DNA of 64,000 nucleotides, taken from the NCBI GenBank assembly GCA_018822885.1, contig JAHJJA010000047.1, positions 5,384 to 69,383 of the forward strand. The letters are read 5' to 3'. The DNA comes from Candidatus Omnitrophota bacterium. GTDB lineage: Bacteria > Omnitrophota > Gorgyraeia > Gygaellales > Profunditerraquicolaceae. The translations under genes were made by a program, and so were the position numbers. The notes beneath the pieces were generated by a model, which had not been told where the DNA came from, did not search any database, and worked only from the letters and a program-made list of their open reading frames with translations. Shown here piece after piece: positions 63,642 through 64,000 of the stretch. Each line of letters starts with the position of its first letter. Position 1 is the first letter of the stretch.

Positions 63642-64000
63642 GGCGGTTGCTTTTATCATCGGTTTTCTTCCTATCAGAGTAGGTCTTTTTCTTGGAGAGC
63701 GCATAGGGGACCTTCTTTACGCCTTGGATGTAAAACATAAGGCGATTGTTTACGCTAATCTAAAAGTCGCTTTCGGCAAGTCGAGGTCTCCTTCGCAATT
63801 AAAGAAGCTGGCAAGGGGGTTTTATCGTAATTTCGGCCAAAGCCTTGTCGAGATCTTTTTTATTCCCTTTGCCGACGAGAAATATATTAAAAAATATGTT
63901 TCTTTTGAAGGTTATGGACATATCGATGAGGCGTTTAAAAAGGGAAGAGGCGTAATCCTGCTTGGAGTGCATGCCGGAAGCTGGGAATTGTCTAATATTA
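63595..64000 (+). CDS. lpxL: Lipid A biosynthesis acyltransferase (LpxL/HtrB family), 5' partial at window end
   Basis: Open frame from ATG 63595 to the window end (MKKDFLIDYSSYILFRAVAFIIGFLPIRVG...GVHAGSWELSNI). Overlaps the lpxK 3' end. Not in the ORF track because no stop is reached. Confidence 0.6.
   Translation, partial: MKKDFLIDYSSYILFRAVAFIIGFLPIRVGLFLGERIGDLLYALDVKHKAIVYANLKVAFGKSRSPSQLKKLARGFYRNFGQSLVEIFFIPFADEKYIKKYVSFEGYGHIDEAFKKGRGVILLGVHAGSWELSNI

Overview
This is a 64-kb chromosomal window from a diderm bacterium, densely coded and mostly on the plus strand. The lineage evidence is a lipid A/LPS gene set (lpxD, an lpxC-fabZ fusion, lpxA, lpxI, lpxK, a partial lpxL, waaA) plus BamA and Skp.

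Housekeeping content is largely ordinary. It includes a complete Rnf operon in the order rnfC-G-D-E-A-B with overlapping start/stop codons, followed by purN. It also includes ftsH, eno-ftsB, hisG, a split transketolase, ispE, and a Bacillus-like block spoVG-glmU-prs-ctc-pth-rpsF-ssb-rpsR-rplI-dnaB. Further along are aroC, a second spoVG, aroK, dprA-topA-xerC, three cold-shock genes, a type IV pilin and two MFS transporters.

Five tRNA genes are present (Phe-GAA, Thr-CGT, initiator fMet-CAT, Gln-TTG, Arg-TCG), and every one carries unusual flanking or internal structure. The most striking calls are:
- The initiator tRNA-fMet gene is split in its anticodon loop by a 258-nt group I (IC3-like) intron.
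- A family of structured repeats with covarying GC-clamped hairpins sits next to the Thr, Gln and Arg tRNA genes. The Thr and Gln/Arg loci share the loop motif CGAGCGTAAGCGAGC; two-copy tandem arrays sit at Thr and Arg; all three loci carry duplicated tRNA-end segments. A related copy lies in the helicase/DUF divergent region.
- A 1055-aa GT4 glycosyltransferase fused to a complete GlgE maltosyltransferase.
- A possible small-molecule locus of a B12-binding radical SAM enzyme, an opine dehydrogenase, a D-2-hydroxyacid dehydrogenase and an MFS transporter.
- A hairpin upstream of the second spoVG that pairs a 16S 3'-end mimic with the gene's own Shine-Dalgarno.
- A spoVG paralog with a zinc-ribbon insertion.
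- A 33-aa bS22-like ribosomal protein ORF missing from the ORF track.

No CRISPR array, transposase or phage genes were seen. All calls rest on reading the sequence and recalled family signatures; no searches were run.
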